A stretch of 25,377 nt of DNA from Candidatus Velthaea sp. (GCA_050012475.1 JBEKHC010000078.1:1-25377); one strand, 5' to 3'; positions 9,496 to 20,943 are shown, counted from the first letter of the stretch. Made by a program: numbers and translations. Notes: generated by a model not told the origin, from the sequence alone.

Positions 9496-10917
9496 ATGGC
9501 TCAGACCAAATTAAAACTTCTGCTAGACGAAGAGCAGCAGCACGAAGGTCAAGACCTGCACCGCGGGCTCAAGGATAGGCACATCCAAATGATCGCTATC
9601 GGCGGAGCGATCGGTGTCGGATTGTTTTTGGGCTCGGCCCGCGCGATAACGAAGGTGGGTCCAGGCTTGGTGGTGTCGTACGCCATCGGCGGTGCGATCA
9701 TTTTCTTAATTATGCGCGCGCTCGGCGAGCTGCTGCTCTACCGGCCGGTTTCAGGATCGTTTGCCACCTATGCCGGAGAGTTTGTCGGGCCATGGGCGGG
9801 ATTCATGACCGGTTGGTCTTACTGGTTTATGTGGGTGGTCGTCGGTATGGCGGAACTCACGGCCGTGGGAGTCTACGTCCACTACTGGTTTCCTGGGGTT
9901 CCCCAATGGGTCCCGGCTCTGATAGCCCTGGGCCTGCTGTACCTCGCGAACCTTATCACCGTGGCGCTCTTCGGGGAACTCGAGTTCTGGTTTGCGCTCA
10001 TTAAAGTCGTCACCATCATCGCAATAATGGTTATCGGCTTGGTGGTCATCGTGTTCCATCTAGGCGCTCTGGGGCCTACGGCAAGCTTCTCCAACTTGTG
10101 GACGCACGGCGGCTTCTTCCCCTTCGGTGCGCTCGGCGTGGTGCTAACGCTGCAGATCGTTATGTTCGCCTACCAAGGTGTGGAACTGATCGGCGTTACT
10201 GCGGGCGAAGCGGAGAACCCGGAGACGGTGCTTCCCAACGCGATCAATAAGGTTATTTATCGGATTCTGATCTTCTATGTCGGCGCGTTGCTGATTATCA
10301 TGTCGCTGGTCGCCTGGAACCAATTGAGTCCCACGACCAGTCCGTTCGTCTACATCTTCACGAAGGTAGGCATCCCTTATGCGGCAATAATCGTCAACTT
10401 CGTCGTCATCACTGCCGCTGCATCGTCGTGCAACAGCGGACTCTTCAGCACGGGGCGCATGCTCTATAGTTTGGCCAAGATCGGGCAAGCTCCACGAGCG
10501 TTCGGCAAAGTTAGCAGCCGGCGCATCCCCGCAACGGGCGTTACCGTGTCAGCCGCGCTTATGCTCATCGGCGTCGCGCTAAACTACATCGTTCCCGCGC
10601 AAGTTTTCGTGTACGTGACGAGCATATCGCTGGTGGGATCCCTGTGGACCTGGGCCCTGATCGTCATCGCCCACCTCGGGTACCGCAAAGCGGTCGCAGC
10701 CGGCGAGGCTCGCGCGGTCTCCTACCGCATGCCCGGATCCCCGTATACCAATTACATCGTGGTCGGGTTTATCGTCCTCGTTGCGATATTCCTGAGCTTG
10801 GATCCGAGCACTCGCGTGGCACTGTATGTCGCCCCCGTGTGGTTCGCCATTCTGGCCATCGGCTATCAGTTCACGAACCGGACCGCGACACCGAAGCCGC
10901 AGTCCAAGGCCGCGTAA
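9496..10917 (+). CDS. APC-superfamily amino acid permease (CycA/YifK-like; substrate not certain)
   Basis: LHRGLKDRHIQMIAIGGAIGVGLFLGS, FGELEFWFALIKV, GVELIGVTAGEAENP, SSCNSGLFSTGRML; about 12 TM segments. Confidence 0.93.
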   Translation: MAQTKLKLLLDEEQQHEGQDLHRGLKDRHIQMIAIGGAIGVGLFLGSARAITKVGPGLVVSYAIGGAIIFLIMRALGELLLYRPVSGSFATYAGEFVGPWAGFMTGWSYWFMWVVVGMAELTAVGVYVHYWFPGVPQWVPALIALGLLYLANLITVALFGELEFWFALIKVVTIIAIMVIGLVVIVFHLGALGPTASFSNLWTHGGFFPFGALGVVLTLQIVMFAYQGVELIGVTAGEAENPETVLPNAINKVIYRILIFYVGALLIIMSLVAWNQLSPTTSPFVYIFTKVGIPYAAIIVNFVVITAAASSCNSGLFSTGRMLYSLAKIGQAPRAFGKVSSRRIPATGVTVSAALMLIGVALNYIVPAQVFVYVTSISLVGSLWTWALIVIAHLGYRKAVAAGEARAVSYRMPGSPYTNYIVVGFIVLVAIFLSLDPSTRVALYVAPVWFAILAIGYQFTNRTATPKPQSKAA

Positions 10918-10926
10918 GGAGCAGTC

Positions 10927-12165
10927 ATGGCCGTTACTTTGTCGCCGAGCGACGCAGTTACCCTCGAAGACGTCGTTGCCGCGCGAGCACGGATCGCCGG
11001 CGGCGTCGTGGAAACCCCGTGCACTCACTCGATTCCGCTCTCCGAATTGTGCGGTGCGGAGATCTTCTGCAAGTTCGAGTACCAGCAGCGCACCGGCAGC
11101 TTCAAGGAACGGGGCGCACGCAACACGCTTCTGCAACTTTCGCCGGAGCAGAAAAAGCGCGGCGCCATTTCGGCCTCCGCCGGGAATCATGCGCTGGGCA
11201 TGGCCTACCACGGCCGCCTTCTAGGCATCCCGATCACCGTCGTGATGCCGCGCTTCGCGCCGTTGATCAAAGTTGCGAACTCGCGCAGGCTGGGCGCGAC
11301 CGTCGTGCTGGAGGGTGACGACCTCGCGCAAGCACGCACATACGCGTATACACTTGCCGCAGAAAAGGGACTGGCTTGGGTCCACGGTTACGACGACGCG
11401 ACGATCATCGCCGGTCAAGGCACGATCGGCCTCGAGATCATCGAACAAGTGGAGGATATCGATGCGGTCGTGGTCGCGATCGGCGGCGGCGGCTTGATCG
11501 CGGGCATCTCACTTGCGGTAAAGTCGCTGCACCCAGACGTCGCCGTGATCGGTGTCGAACCGAAGAACGCCGCTTGCTTTTCCGCGGCACTCGCTGCCGG
11601 AGAGCCCGTCGACATCAAGGTGTTGCCGACACTGGCCGACGGGCTGGCGGTGGCGCGCGTCGGAGCGCGTTCCTTCGCGATTGCGCGCGATCGCGTGGAG
11701 AAGGTCGTCACGGTTGACGAGACGGCGCTGGCTACGGCGATCCTGCGTCACATCGAAGTCGAGAAGATGGTCATCGAGGGCGCGGGAGCCGCGCCGCTCG
11801 CCGCGTTCCTCGCCGGAAAGCTGCCGGAGCTCAAAGGCAAACGCGTCGTGCTGGTGCTTTCAGGCGGCAACATCGATCTCAACATGATCGACCGTGTCAT
11901 CGAGGTCGGGCTGGTGCACGATGCGCGCATCTGCCGCTTTACCGCGGTGATCATCGATCATCCCGGCGGCTTGACGAGCCTCTCCGGGTTGATCGCTGCA
12001 ACCGGTGCCAACATCAAGGAAATCGCGCACGACCGCGTCTTTTCCGGCCCCGATATGTCGGCGGTCCGGGTCGTATGCACGGTCGAGACGGCCGACGCTG
12101 AACACCGCGACCGTTTACTGTCCGCGCTGCGCGCGGCGGGCGTTCAACTCATTCTCGATCCTTGA
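10927..12165 (+). CDS. ilvA: Threonine/serine ammonia-lyase (PLP) with a C-terminal ACT domain
   Basis: KFEYQQRTGSFKERGA (PLP Lys), ASAGNHA, IAGQGTIGLEI, GGGGLIAG, LSGGNID, and ACT-like DHPGGL. Confidence 0.93.
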   Translation: MAVTLSPSDAVTLEDVVAARARIAGGVVETPCTHSIPLSELCGAEIFCKFEYQQRTGSFKERGARNTLLQLSPEQKKRGAISASAGNHALGMAYHGRLLGIPITVVMPRFAPLIKVANSRRLGATVVLEGDDLAQARTYAYTLAAEKGLAWVHGYDDATIIAGQGTIGLEIIEQVEDIDAVVVAIGGGGLIAGISLAVKSLHPDVAVIGVEPKNAACFSAALAAGEPVDIKVLPTLADGLAVARVGARSFAIARDRVEKVVTVDETALATAILRHIEVEKMVIEGAGAAPLAAFLAGKLPELKGKRVVLVLSGGNIDLNMIDRVIEVGLVHDARICRFTAVIIDHPGGLTSLSGLIAATGANIKEIAHDRVFSGPDMSAVRVVCTVETADAEHRDRLLSALRAAGVQLILDP

Positions 12166-12233
12166 AGTCTCGAACCATTACCGTCGCGCAATCAAAGCCG
12201 CGAACTCACCATCGTCTTGGAGGCGAATAAGCT

Positions 12234-13421
12234 ATGACAACCAAGAAGACCGCACTCGTTCGTGAATCCCTACATTGGCCGTCGAATGGCCAGGCGCCGT
12301 CCAACATCAAGATCGGCGTTCCGAAGGAAGTCAAGAACTTCGAGCAACGGGTTTCCCTCACGCCAGCCGGGGTGCGCGAGCTGACGCTGCTCGGACATCA
12401 GGTTCTCGTCGAGCGAAACGCCGCCTCGGGCATCGGCATCTCCGACGACGACTATCGGGCCGTCGGCGCCGATGTGGTCGATAGCGCCGCCGAGGTGTTC
12501 GCCGGCGCCGATCTGATCGTGAAGGTGAAAGAGCCGCAGCCCGAAGAGATCGCGCGGCTGCGCGCCGGCCAAGTTTTGTTCACCTACCTGCATCTCGCCG
12601 CGGACAAGGCGCAGACCGAGGGGCTGATGCGGTCGGGCGCCACCTGCATCGCCTACGAGACCGTCACCGATGCCCGCGGCGCATTGCCGTTGCTTTCGCC
12701 GATGAGCGAAGTTGCCGGACGCATGTCGATCCAAGTCGGCGCGCATTGCCTGGAGAAGGAACAGGGTGGCGCCGGCATTCTGCTCGGTGGCGTGCCGGGC
12801 GTGCCGCCGGCCAACGTGGTCGTGCTGGGCGGCGGCGTATCGGGAACCAACGCCGCGCGTATGGCGGTCGGACTCGAGGCGAACGTCACCATCATCGATC
12901 AGTCGCTGCCGAGGCTCAAGGAACTGGACTTACAGTTCGGCCCGCGCGCCAAGACGCTGTTCGCGACGGCCTTGGCAATCGAGACCGCGGTGCTCGCCGC
13001 GGACTTGGTGATCGGTGCCGTTCTCGTGCCCGGCGCCATGGCGCCCAGGCTCGTCTCACGTGAGATGGTGCGCGCGATGCGACCCGGTTCGGTGCTGGTC
13101 GACATCGCCATCGATCAAGGCGGCTGCTTCGCAACGAGCAAGCCGACCACCCATTCGGCGCCCACGTTCGTCGACGAAGGCATCGTTCACTACTGCGTCA
13201 CCAACATGCCCGGTGCGGTTGCGCGGACCTCGACGTTCGCACTGGAACACGCGACCTTGCCTTTCGTGATCGCGCTGGCCAAGAAGGGTTGGCACCAGGC
13301 GCTTGGGGACGATCCGCATTTGGCGCACGGGCTCATGGTGCACGCCGGGAAAGTGATGCATGCTGCGGTGGCGGAGCAACTCGGGCTGCTTTTCACAGCA
13401 CCGGAGTTGGCACTCGCGTAG
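12234..13421 (+). CDS. ald: Alanine dehydrogenase
   Basis: KIGVPKEVKNFEQRV, KVKEP, FTYLHLAA, PMSEVAGR, VDIAIDQGGCF, YCVTNMPGAVARTST; GGAGG RBS at 12219-12223. Confidence 0.97.
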   Translation: MTTKKTALVRESLHWPSNGQAPSNIKIGVPKEVKNFEQRVSLTPAGVRELTLLGHQVLVERNAASGIGISDDDYRAVGADVVDSAAEVFAGADLIVKVKEPQPEEIARLRAGQVLFTYLHLAADKAQTEGLMRSGATCIAYETVTDARGALPLLSPMSEVAGRMSIQVGAHCLEKEQGGAGILLGGVPGVPPANVVVLGGGVSGTNAARMAVGLEANVTIIDQSLPRLKELDLQFGPRAKTLFATALAIETAVLAADLVIGAVLVPGAMAPRLVSREMVRAMRPGSVLVDIAIDQGGCFATSKPTTHSAPTFVDEGIVHYCVTNMPGAVARTSTFALEHATLPFVIALAKKGWHQALGDDPHLAHGLMVHAGKVMHAAVAEQLGLLFTAPELALA

Positions 13422-14013
13422 GCACGCCCTCGGCTCACTTGCGATAATTCGCACGCCGACAGGCCGCGCGGATCGGCCTCATATCCGGTCTCCGCATCCT
13501 AGGCCAGCACTTTCGGTAACGCCTCTGACGGGCGCCCCGAGGGGCTTGCGCACTCGAGGGAAAGCCCAAGGGTTCCCGCGCCGACCGACCGGTAGTTTTC
13601 AGCCGGGCCATTTCGCGGACATATACAACGATTCCGCAAGCCAGCGGGCAAGGTAGCTGGCAAGCGTATCCGGACTCCTCTGGGCGACAGTTCCTCGATG
13701 TCGTGCCCAGAGGTCGGCAACGTCTCGCCGGAGTTGGGTCTGGGTGGCGGCTCACGGTGCGGCGTTGGCGCTTGTCGTCGAGTCCCCGGGCGGCTCGAGC
13801 TGCGCGGCCCAGAGACCCGAATTCTTATGGAAAGACCGCGGCATTGCCCCAGGGTCGCCATTTGCCGGTACTCACCAGCGGCCCCGGTTGCCGGAGCCAT
13901 AGCCAGTAGTTTCGATAGCCCCGGACATGTGCCCAGAGCACTGAAAGTTGGTCTTCGGGAGTACCACCGATGGCAAGGCGGCCGGACGACTTGGTATCGC
14001 ATGTTTGAATTAC

Positions 14014-14140
14014 GCTCGCGATTGCCGGCGAAGGCACTTCGCAAACAATCGGGTCATACTCGTGTAACGTGCGGATCGCGGGCGGCTCAGAAGATGCCGG
14101 CTTCTCTTGATTGTGTTGTGCGCACTTGGAACTTGTCTAC
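14014..14140 (+). repeat. Second copy of the putative element end/att arm
   Basis: Matches 4827-4953 and abuts the GGDEF fragment at the same base. Confidence 0.75.
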
Positions 14141-14461
14141 CGCTTTAAAAGCTGGAATGACAACGACAGGCATGCCAGCGGCGATGCGCTTTTGAGCGAG
14201 CTTGCGGTGTCGTTGCGGGCTGCGGCGACCGAGCCCGGCGATATCGTGGCGCGTAATGGGGGCGATGAGTTTTGTGTGGTGTTGGTGGACGCGGAGAAGT
14301 CGCGCGCCATAAAACGCGCGGAACGATTGCGTGCAAGTATCGTCGAGGCGGACTTTCGCGGGCTGCATGCGCCGTAGCCAGCGGAGAAGAAGTGCAGATC
14401 AGCGCATCCATCGGTGTCGCGTGCTTTCCGGTTGACGGCGCAATCGCCGGAGACACTCTTG
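14141..14461 (+). pseudogene. GGDEF fragment, copy 3, frameshifted and 3'-truncated
   Basis: RFKSWNDNDRHASGDALL...ARNGGDEFCVVLVDAEKS; -1 frameshift near 14374, +1 near 14437; ends at QSPETLL and is joined to IS66 sequence. Confidence 0.9.
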
Positions 14462-14824
14462 GCTGCATCGAGATCGACTACAATGCCGCCGAACGCGCAT
14501 TGCGCTGCGTGGCGCTTGGGCGCAAGAACTATCTGTTTGCCGGCTGGGATGCCGGCGGAGATCGCGCCGCGGCAATCTACAGCTTATCGGGTACTGCCAA
14601 ACTCGACGGGCACAATCTCGAAGCGTTCCTGCGCGAGGTGATCGCGCGAATCGCTGACCATCCAATTGCGCGGATCAACGAACTGCTGCCCTGGCATCTA
14701 CAGCCGACCACCACTATTGCCCTCGCCGGCAAGGATGCTGCCCCCCAACTCGCACCACCGGTGTGGCCACCTCTCAGTCGTCGCGGTCTATTTGCCGTCA
14801 AGACGGCCTCCAGAAGACGCTTAC
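14462..14824 (+). mobile_element. IS66-family remnant: TnpC C-terminus plus right terminal inverted repeat
   Basis: IEIDYNAAERALRCVALGRKNYLFAG...AAAIYSL...INELLPW. It ends ...AGACGCTTAC at 14824, whose reverse complement GTAAGCGTC is the typical IS66 terminus. Confidence 0.9.
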
Positions 14825-15590
14825 TTTATAACGAGGGTGGGGTGGCGCTCACCGATATCTTCCGCCAATCGAACGGGGGCCGCATCCTCGTTGTAGACTC
14901 GGAGGAACGATCGATGGCGTCTCGCACCTGTGCGGGAGCCGTGAAACTCGCGCCTTTAAGAGCGCGTCGGCGCAGGATGCTGAACCAGCATTCGATCTGA
15001 TTTAGTCAGGACGAGTAGTTCGGCGTGAAGTGAAAATGCACGATCGGATGGCGTTGATGAAGCCAGTGATCGCATTTCGGCTTGTGTGTGTTGAGATGTC
15101 GAGGACGACGTATCTTGCGTCCGCGATGCTCGAACCGTGCCGGATCGCCAAGAGTGAGCCCGCACCCTGGATGGGTAAGGCGAATGGGCGATTACCTTCT
15201 CGCCGAATCGAAGGCCACCTCACGATCGAAGCGTTAAGATTTTGGGATGCGATCGCGAGCACAATGATCCGTTAAGATTCAGGGCCTACTATGGGCGGCA
15301 GAACGATGTCTGCCTAGCCACGATCTATAGCAACAATTGATCCGACACCGCGCAAGGCACTGTCGGCCCTGCTCAGCGTGCAAACCTTATTTGCTCCGTT
15401 TAGGGCGTCAGCGAAAGGACGAACATTGACGAAATCATACCTGGAGGCGTCGAACGAGCGTCAAAGCCGTGTCGCGCTCGCGACTTTGAACGCAGTTCAG
15501 TCGACAGCGCTTGCATCAATTCAGGTTACACTTTCCCTCACCCGTGTCGCTCTAGGCTCGCCCCGATTTGTCGTTCGTGTCATCACCCAG

Positions 15591-15911
15591 CTAACAGCAG
15601 CATTGCCGCGTGAACGCGTCGTCGAGCAGCAAGGCATGCATGTCAAACTTCTTACCGATATAGTCGTCAAACCACCCAATCGGGGGACCCGCGTCGGGAA
15701 CGCGCGGCTCGTTCCCGCCGATGATGAGCTGATCCATCGGCGGAAGGCACAGTCTATCGACAAGCAAGGCGTGCACTTTCGCGAGGCATCGGTTAGCAGA
15801 GGAATCGCAATGGTCGTGAAGTCCGACGATATGCCCTTGAGTCATGAAGAACTCGACATCGACCGTCATGCCGTCACGGGCGATGCCGATGTCGACGGGC
15901 CGATTATCCAT
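15591..15911 (-). CDS. Hypothetical protein (uncertain; an overlapping + strand ORF 15378-15962 is the alternative)
   Basis: Protein-like composition (MDNRPVDIGIARDGMTVDVEFF...); no recognised motif. Confidence 0.25.
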   Translation of the reverse strand: MDNRPVDIGIARDGMTVDVEFFMTQGHIVGLHDHCDSSANRCLAKVHALLVDRLCLPPMDQLIIGGNEPRVPDAGPPIGWFDDYIGKKFDMHALLLDDAFTRQCCC

Positions 15912-17266
15912 GAGATGATCCGTGTTGCGCGCGCCGAAGAGAGGATCAACGGTAGCTGTTGACGGCGCTTTTTGGGTGCGTAACGCTGCAGGCGGCGGCA
16001 AAGTGAGCCGAACGCCGGCGGCCTGCAGACGTAGGGAATCGTGCCGACGATTGCGGCGCGGCGGTGAGTCGATCTGATCTTGCGCACAGCAGAGCTGCTC
16101 GCGAAGACGGCGTCCGTCCGGATTTTAGCGAGTGCGGTTCGTTAGGCCATTGAGCGTCTCGTAGACGGCGCTGAACGGGTGTCCGCTAAGTGCTTATCCG
16201 AGATCGTTTAGGCAAGTAGCCTAACGATTGTACGAACTACGTATTCTGCGATTCGCCAGCATCGCTTCCGTTCAGCAACGGGATTCTGCGAACGCCAACG
16301 GTCATTCTGTTCAACACGAGCTTCCGACGAAGGGGCCGAGCAGGGTCGTTTATCGTACGCAGATCCAAGGGCTCTCCTTCATCGGCGTACCGCCATTGCA
16401 TCATGACACACAGGTGGGCCGGTTGCTCACACGATGTCCAGGGGTAGCGCCGTGTGGATTGGTCTTCGGTGCGCATTCTAGAACGCCGCAGAACGCCGAA
16501 GATTGACGCCGAAGAGAAGATCGGGCGTCAATGAGGGGAATCGGCGCAATAAATAGGGCGCGCCGATGCCCATTTGCTCGCGGAGAAAGAAAAGAGCCGC
16601 CTCAACCCTGCCGTCGAGCATATGCTCATGCAAAACTAGCGAGGACCACTACCTCGTCGGCAGCAGTCTCCGGATGCTTGAATCTCGTCGCACGCTGCGT
16701 ACCAAACATTTCCGCACCTTGAGGGCAAGCTGATTCGCGCAGTCCTTTTTCCCGTGGACGGTCTGCTTTTGGGACGCTCTCCGCACCCGGTCCTTGCGGT
16801 CGCGAAAACCCGGCCCGAGCGATGAGGCGCCAAGAAGGCCCACTTCGCACCTTTGGTCTTAGCTACGGTCAGTCGGCCGATTGGCGCTCGAGATCTCGCA
16901 GCCGAGAAGTGCAGCGAAGCTTTGCGGGCCGAGCTAGCGGAGCACGGCCGAAACGGAAGGCCGAGCGCGAGCTGAACGACGACCTCGCGCACGATGTTCG
17001 CCGCAAGCTGCGCGAGCAAGGCGCCCGCGATATCGCCCGCGAGGCCATTCTCGCAATCGTCACAGGGCTCTGAGTAACGTTTGGCCGGAGCCAAAAGGCG
17101 AAGCAAAGCGTAAACATGAGTTCGAGGACGCGCTCGTGACTGCCGCATGCTATCGGCATACGCTGGCGCTTCAGGCTGCTCAAGCCGCGATCGCGCGAAA
17201 CTGGACCGCAACGCCGGTCGGGCTGGCGGCGATTCGCGAACATCACTACTCGGAGGACAACCGACG

Positions 17267-17425
17267 ATGCGGGCTGCCATGACTGATGACGACGACTATG
17301 AAGACGACGATGAAGACGACGACGCGCAAGCCGACATGCTCGCCGAACTGGAAGAACTCGCCGAACTCGGTCGGCCGACGCCGGTGATTCGAGAGCACCA
17401 CTATGCAGAAAGAGGCCGACGATGA
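17267..17425 (+). CDS. Small, highly acidic hypothetical protein (52 aa)
   Basis: GGAGG at 17252-17256; MRAAMTDDDDYEDDDEDDDAQADMLAELEELAELGRP...; the stop overlaps the next ATG (ATGA at 17422-17425). Confidence 0.5.
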   Translation: MRAAMTDDDDYEDDDEDDDAQADMLAELEELAELGRPTPVIREHHYAERGRR

Positions 17426-18278
17426 GCTATGGAACTGAAGAGCCGGAAGCAACGAGTTGCCGTAGACGATCGAGGCCGGGTGACACGCTTTCCCGACCCT
17501 GCGTTCGGCGCGTGGTGGGGGCAATCGCCGTTCCCTTAGCCCGCGCCCTTGGCTCCATCGACTCCGCCGTCAATCTTTCGATTTTTGTACGCCGACCTCT
17601 CAGCTACTGCGACTGGGTCTGACTCCTCGCGACCGTGCATCATCGACCACGACGTGCGCTTTTCGATGCGGACCAACGCCGTTTTTGGTCGATGCGAGGC
17701 CGCCCAGTTCCCGATGCAAGCTGTTCCTTCGTAAAATGGTCTCGGCCACGGCGGAGCTGCCCTGTCTCGCATAGCGACGTGGCGCGTGTTTGCCTTTGCT
17801 TTTGTACACCAGCTCGGCCCCCGCGATGATAATTCTAACGCGGCTCAATCCCATTCCCCAGAGGATCTCTGTCAACGCTTCAGCCCGTACATCGCCGCAC
17901 GACTGCAAGACTCGATACCGACCGGCCCGCTACGGCCTTTGTCGTCCCGGTCTCTCACCTGTAAGTTCACATCAGGTTTTCTGGCGTACAATAAGTTCCG
18001 CTTCTTGAGGGCACCCCCATATCGCTACGGCGAACGAGAAGGCGCGAGAGCACAACTAGACGTTCACCCTTGTGGCGCAACCCGAACTTACATTTCTCTC
18101 AACATAAGCGCGCTATGGTTGTTGGAAGCAATCCCATCTTTTCGACGCGTGTCAAGTTGACCGAGGTCTGATGAAGGTTCGTCGCCGGGCACGAAAGCCT
18201 GAAGAGCGAGAATTTCGCGCTCAATGGCATGGTCGCGTTATCGTGACGCAATCCCATGACTGATGCGTAGTCGAATGA

Positions 18279-19340
<1,062 letters not shown>

Positions 19341-19823
19341 CGCCGGCGACGGAAGCGCCAATTTTGGCGAACTTCATCAACGCGTTGCCGGTGTCGACCG
19401 TCGACATCTACCCTTGAGCGGTGCGGCGATGGTGTCGGCATTGACCGGTACCGCATCGATCGCTTTGCCGCAACGCGCGGCACCCAGTTATGGGCGAGAC
19501 AGAGCCTGGTTTGCGTCGTTCCGCCGACGACAGTCACGACCCGGTCGCCGTGCCCTGCACCTGAACGAGCATAGGGTTCCACCGGCGACCGTGTATACCG
19601 CTAGAGCCAGTCTCACCGCCTGTCCAGCTTTGTAGTGAACGTAGCCATTCAGCTTGTACGGTGTTCGAAGCGGAACGACTGCGCGCAAAAATCATCGAGC
19701 CGAACGTTGGCGGGCTTCAGGGCCGCTCGTGATCATCGGCCCGTCCGTTGCGGCCCGGGACGTTGCGTGACCCGGCGGCCCCACTTCCCGCCATGACGCG
19801 TCGTAGAGGGACGAAGCCGATAC

Positions 19824-20079
19824 TCAATGATAGAAGTACGGATCGAGGACCGTGACTAGGACGACCGAGTCGACCGGCAACGCATTCTTTGCAGCAACGC
19901 ATCGTATCGCTGCTTCGTCCGGCCCGTCGTAGATGCAATAGGTTTTCTTTTTATCTGCGCTGACGAACGAATGAATCCACGTCACGCGGTCCGCATTGTT
20001 GGTATTGATGACGAGCTCGCAGATTCGTTGGAATGACGAGCCCTTCGGGAAACATACGCGCAAGCATGAACCAAGGCAT
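19824..20079 (-). pseudogene. DUF4242-family protein with a frameshifting deletion
   Basis: RBS, then MPWFMLARMFPEGLVIPTN in one frame and VTWIHSFVSADKKKTYCIYDGPDEAAIR...LPVD...VLDPYFYH in another. The span of 256 bp is not a multiple of 3. Confidence 0.8.
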
Positions 20080-20250
20080 ACGAATTCTCCCTTTCCGAAG
20101 CAGGTGGGGCGGCGCTGGCTATTCGCCGTCGCGCAACGGTTTGGGCAAACGTAACTGACTCAAACGCACGTTAGGCAGATGAGAACGAAGGTTGAAAGAC
20201 CATCGGCGATGACGTTTCGGGCGAAAACGTCACCGAACAGGTGATTCTGA

Positions 20251-20670
20251 TCAGATTGATGGATCGAAGACAACGTCGACGATGTAGCGTCCGCCGACGG
20301 CTCGACCGTCGACGCGTGCCGCTTGGTACGTCGAAGCGCGTACCGCGTCTAATGCGCTGCGGTCGAATCGCGCATGACCGCTCGATGCGAGCAGCTCCGC
20401 GCTCGTGAGTTGTCCGCTCGCGTCGAGGTCGACCTCAATCTGAACCGTGCCACCGATGCTCGCGAGTTTTTCAAACGACGGCCATTCGGCGGGCGCGCGG
20501 CGGACAATCCTCGCTTGCGTCCGCGTGGGCGAAGAAACTGCGTCGAGATCGTGACTCTTGTCGGCAACGGCGACGTTTCTGAGCGTGAGCGAGTCTTGGG
20601 CAAAAGCGGGCGCGGCCGCTCCGATAATAAGGGCGGCGCTCGCCGCGACCACGAGACGAAGCTTGTGCAT
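20251..20670 (-). CDS. TonB C-terminal domain protein with a signal peptide
   Basis: AGGAG RBS; MHKLRLVVAASAALIIGAAAPAFA signal; GTVQIEVDLDASG...SSGHARFDRSALDAVR...YQAARVDGRAV is a TonB_C pattern. Confidence 0.85.
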   Translation of the reverse strand: MHKLRLVVAASAALIIGAAAPAFAQDSLTLRNVAVADKSHDLDAVSSPTRTQARIVRRAPAEWPSFEKLASIGGTVQIEVDLDASGQLTSAELLASSGHARFDRSALDAVRASTYQAARVDGRAVGGRYIVDVVFDPSI

Positions 20671-20793
20671 GAGAACACTCCTGGCAAAAAGTTGGAGCAT
20701 GCTGACGATGAGCATGCGCTCTTTAGGGACGATGCGACGAACATGAAGTCGTCGATTCACCGAAAACTATCCGGTCGGGGCCGTCGCCGCGAA

Positions 20794-20943
20794 TCAGGGC
20801 AGGTTGCGAACGCGGAGCTGAGGGTGTAGCCGTGGTCCCCAACCGGTAAAGAGTGCGGTGGAGGGGCCGTTGCGAACGAACCGCGGGCGCCGCGTCTCGC
20901 CGCTCGACATGTCGACGGCGGATGTGAGGTTGCGGTTCGTCAT
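20794..20943 (-). CDS. Small hypothetical ORF (49 aa), below the ORF-track cutoff
   Basis: GGAG RBS 7 nt before ATG; MTNRNLTSAVDMSSGETRRPRFVRNGPSTALFTGWGPRLHPQLRVRNLP; same strand as, and upstream of, the TonB-like gene. Confidence 0.4.
   Translation of the reverse strand: MTNRNLTSAVDMSSGETRRPRFVRNGPSTALFTGWGPRLHPQLRVRNLP

Noticed and set aside
13440..14013. ORFs 13499-14044 (-) and 13698-14195 (+) as an integrase or other gene
   Set aside because: No recombinase or other motifs are recognisable and the composition is not protein-like.
4954..14461. Diversity-generating retroelement (template/variable repeat) explanation for the GGDEF copies
   Set aside because: Differences are not adenine-specific and are mostly synonymous third-position changes; no reverse transcriptase is present in the window.
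16140..16226. Integron attC site (GTTAGGC and GCCTAAC)
   Set aside because: The order is reversed relative to attC (RYYYAAC should come first), it is a single occurrence, and no intI is present.
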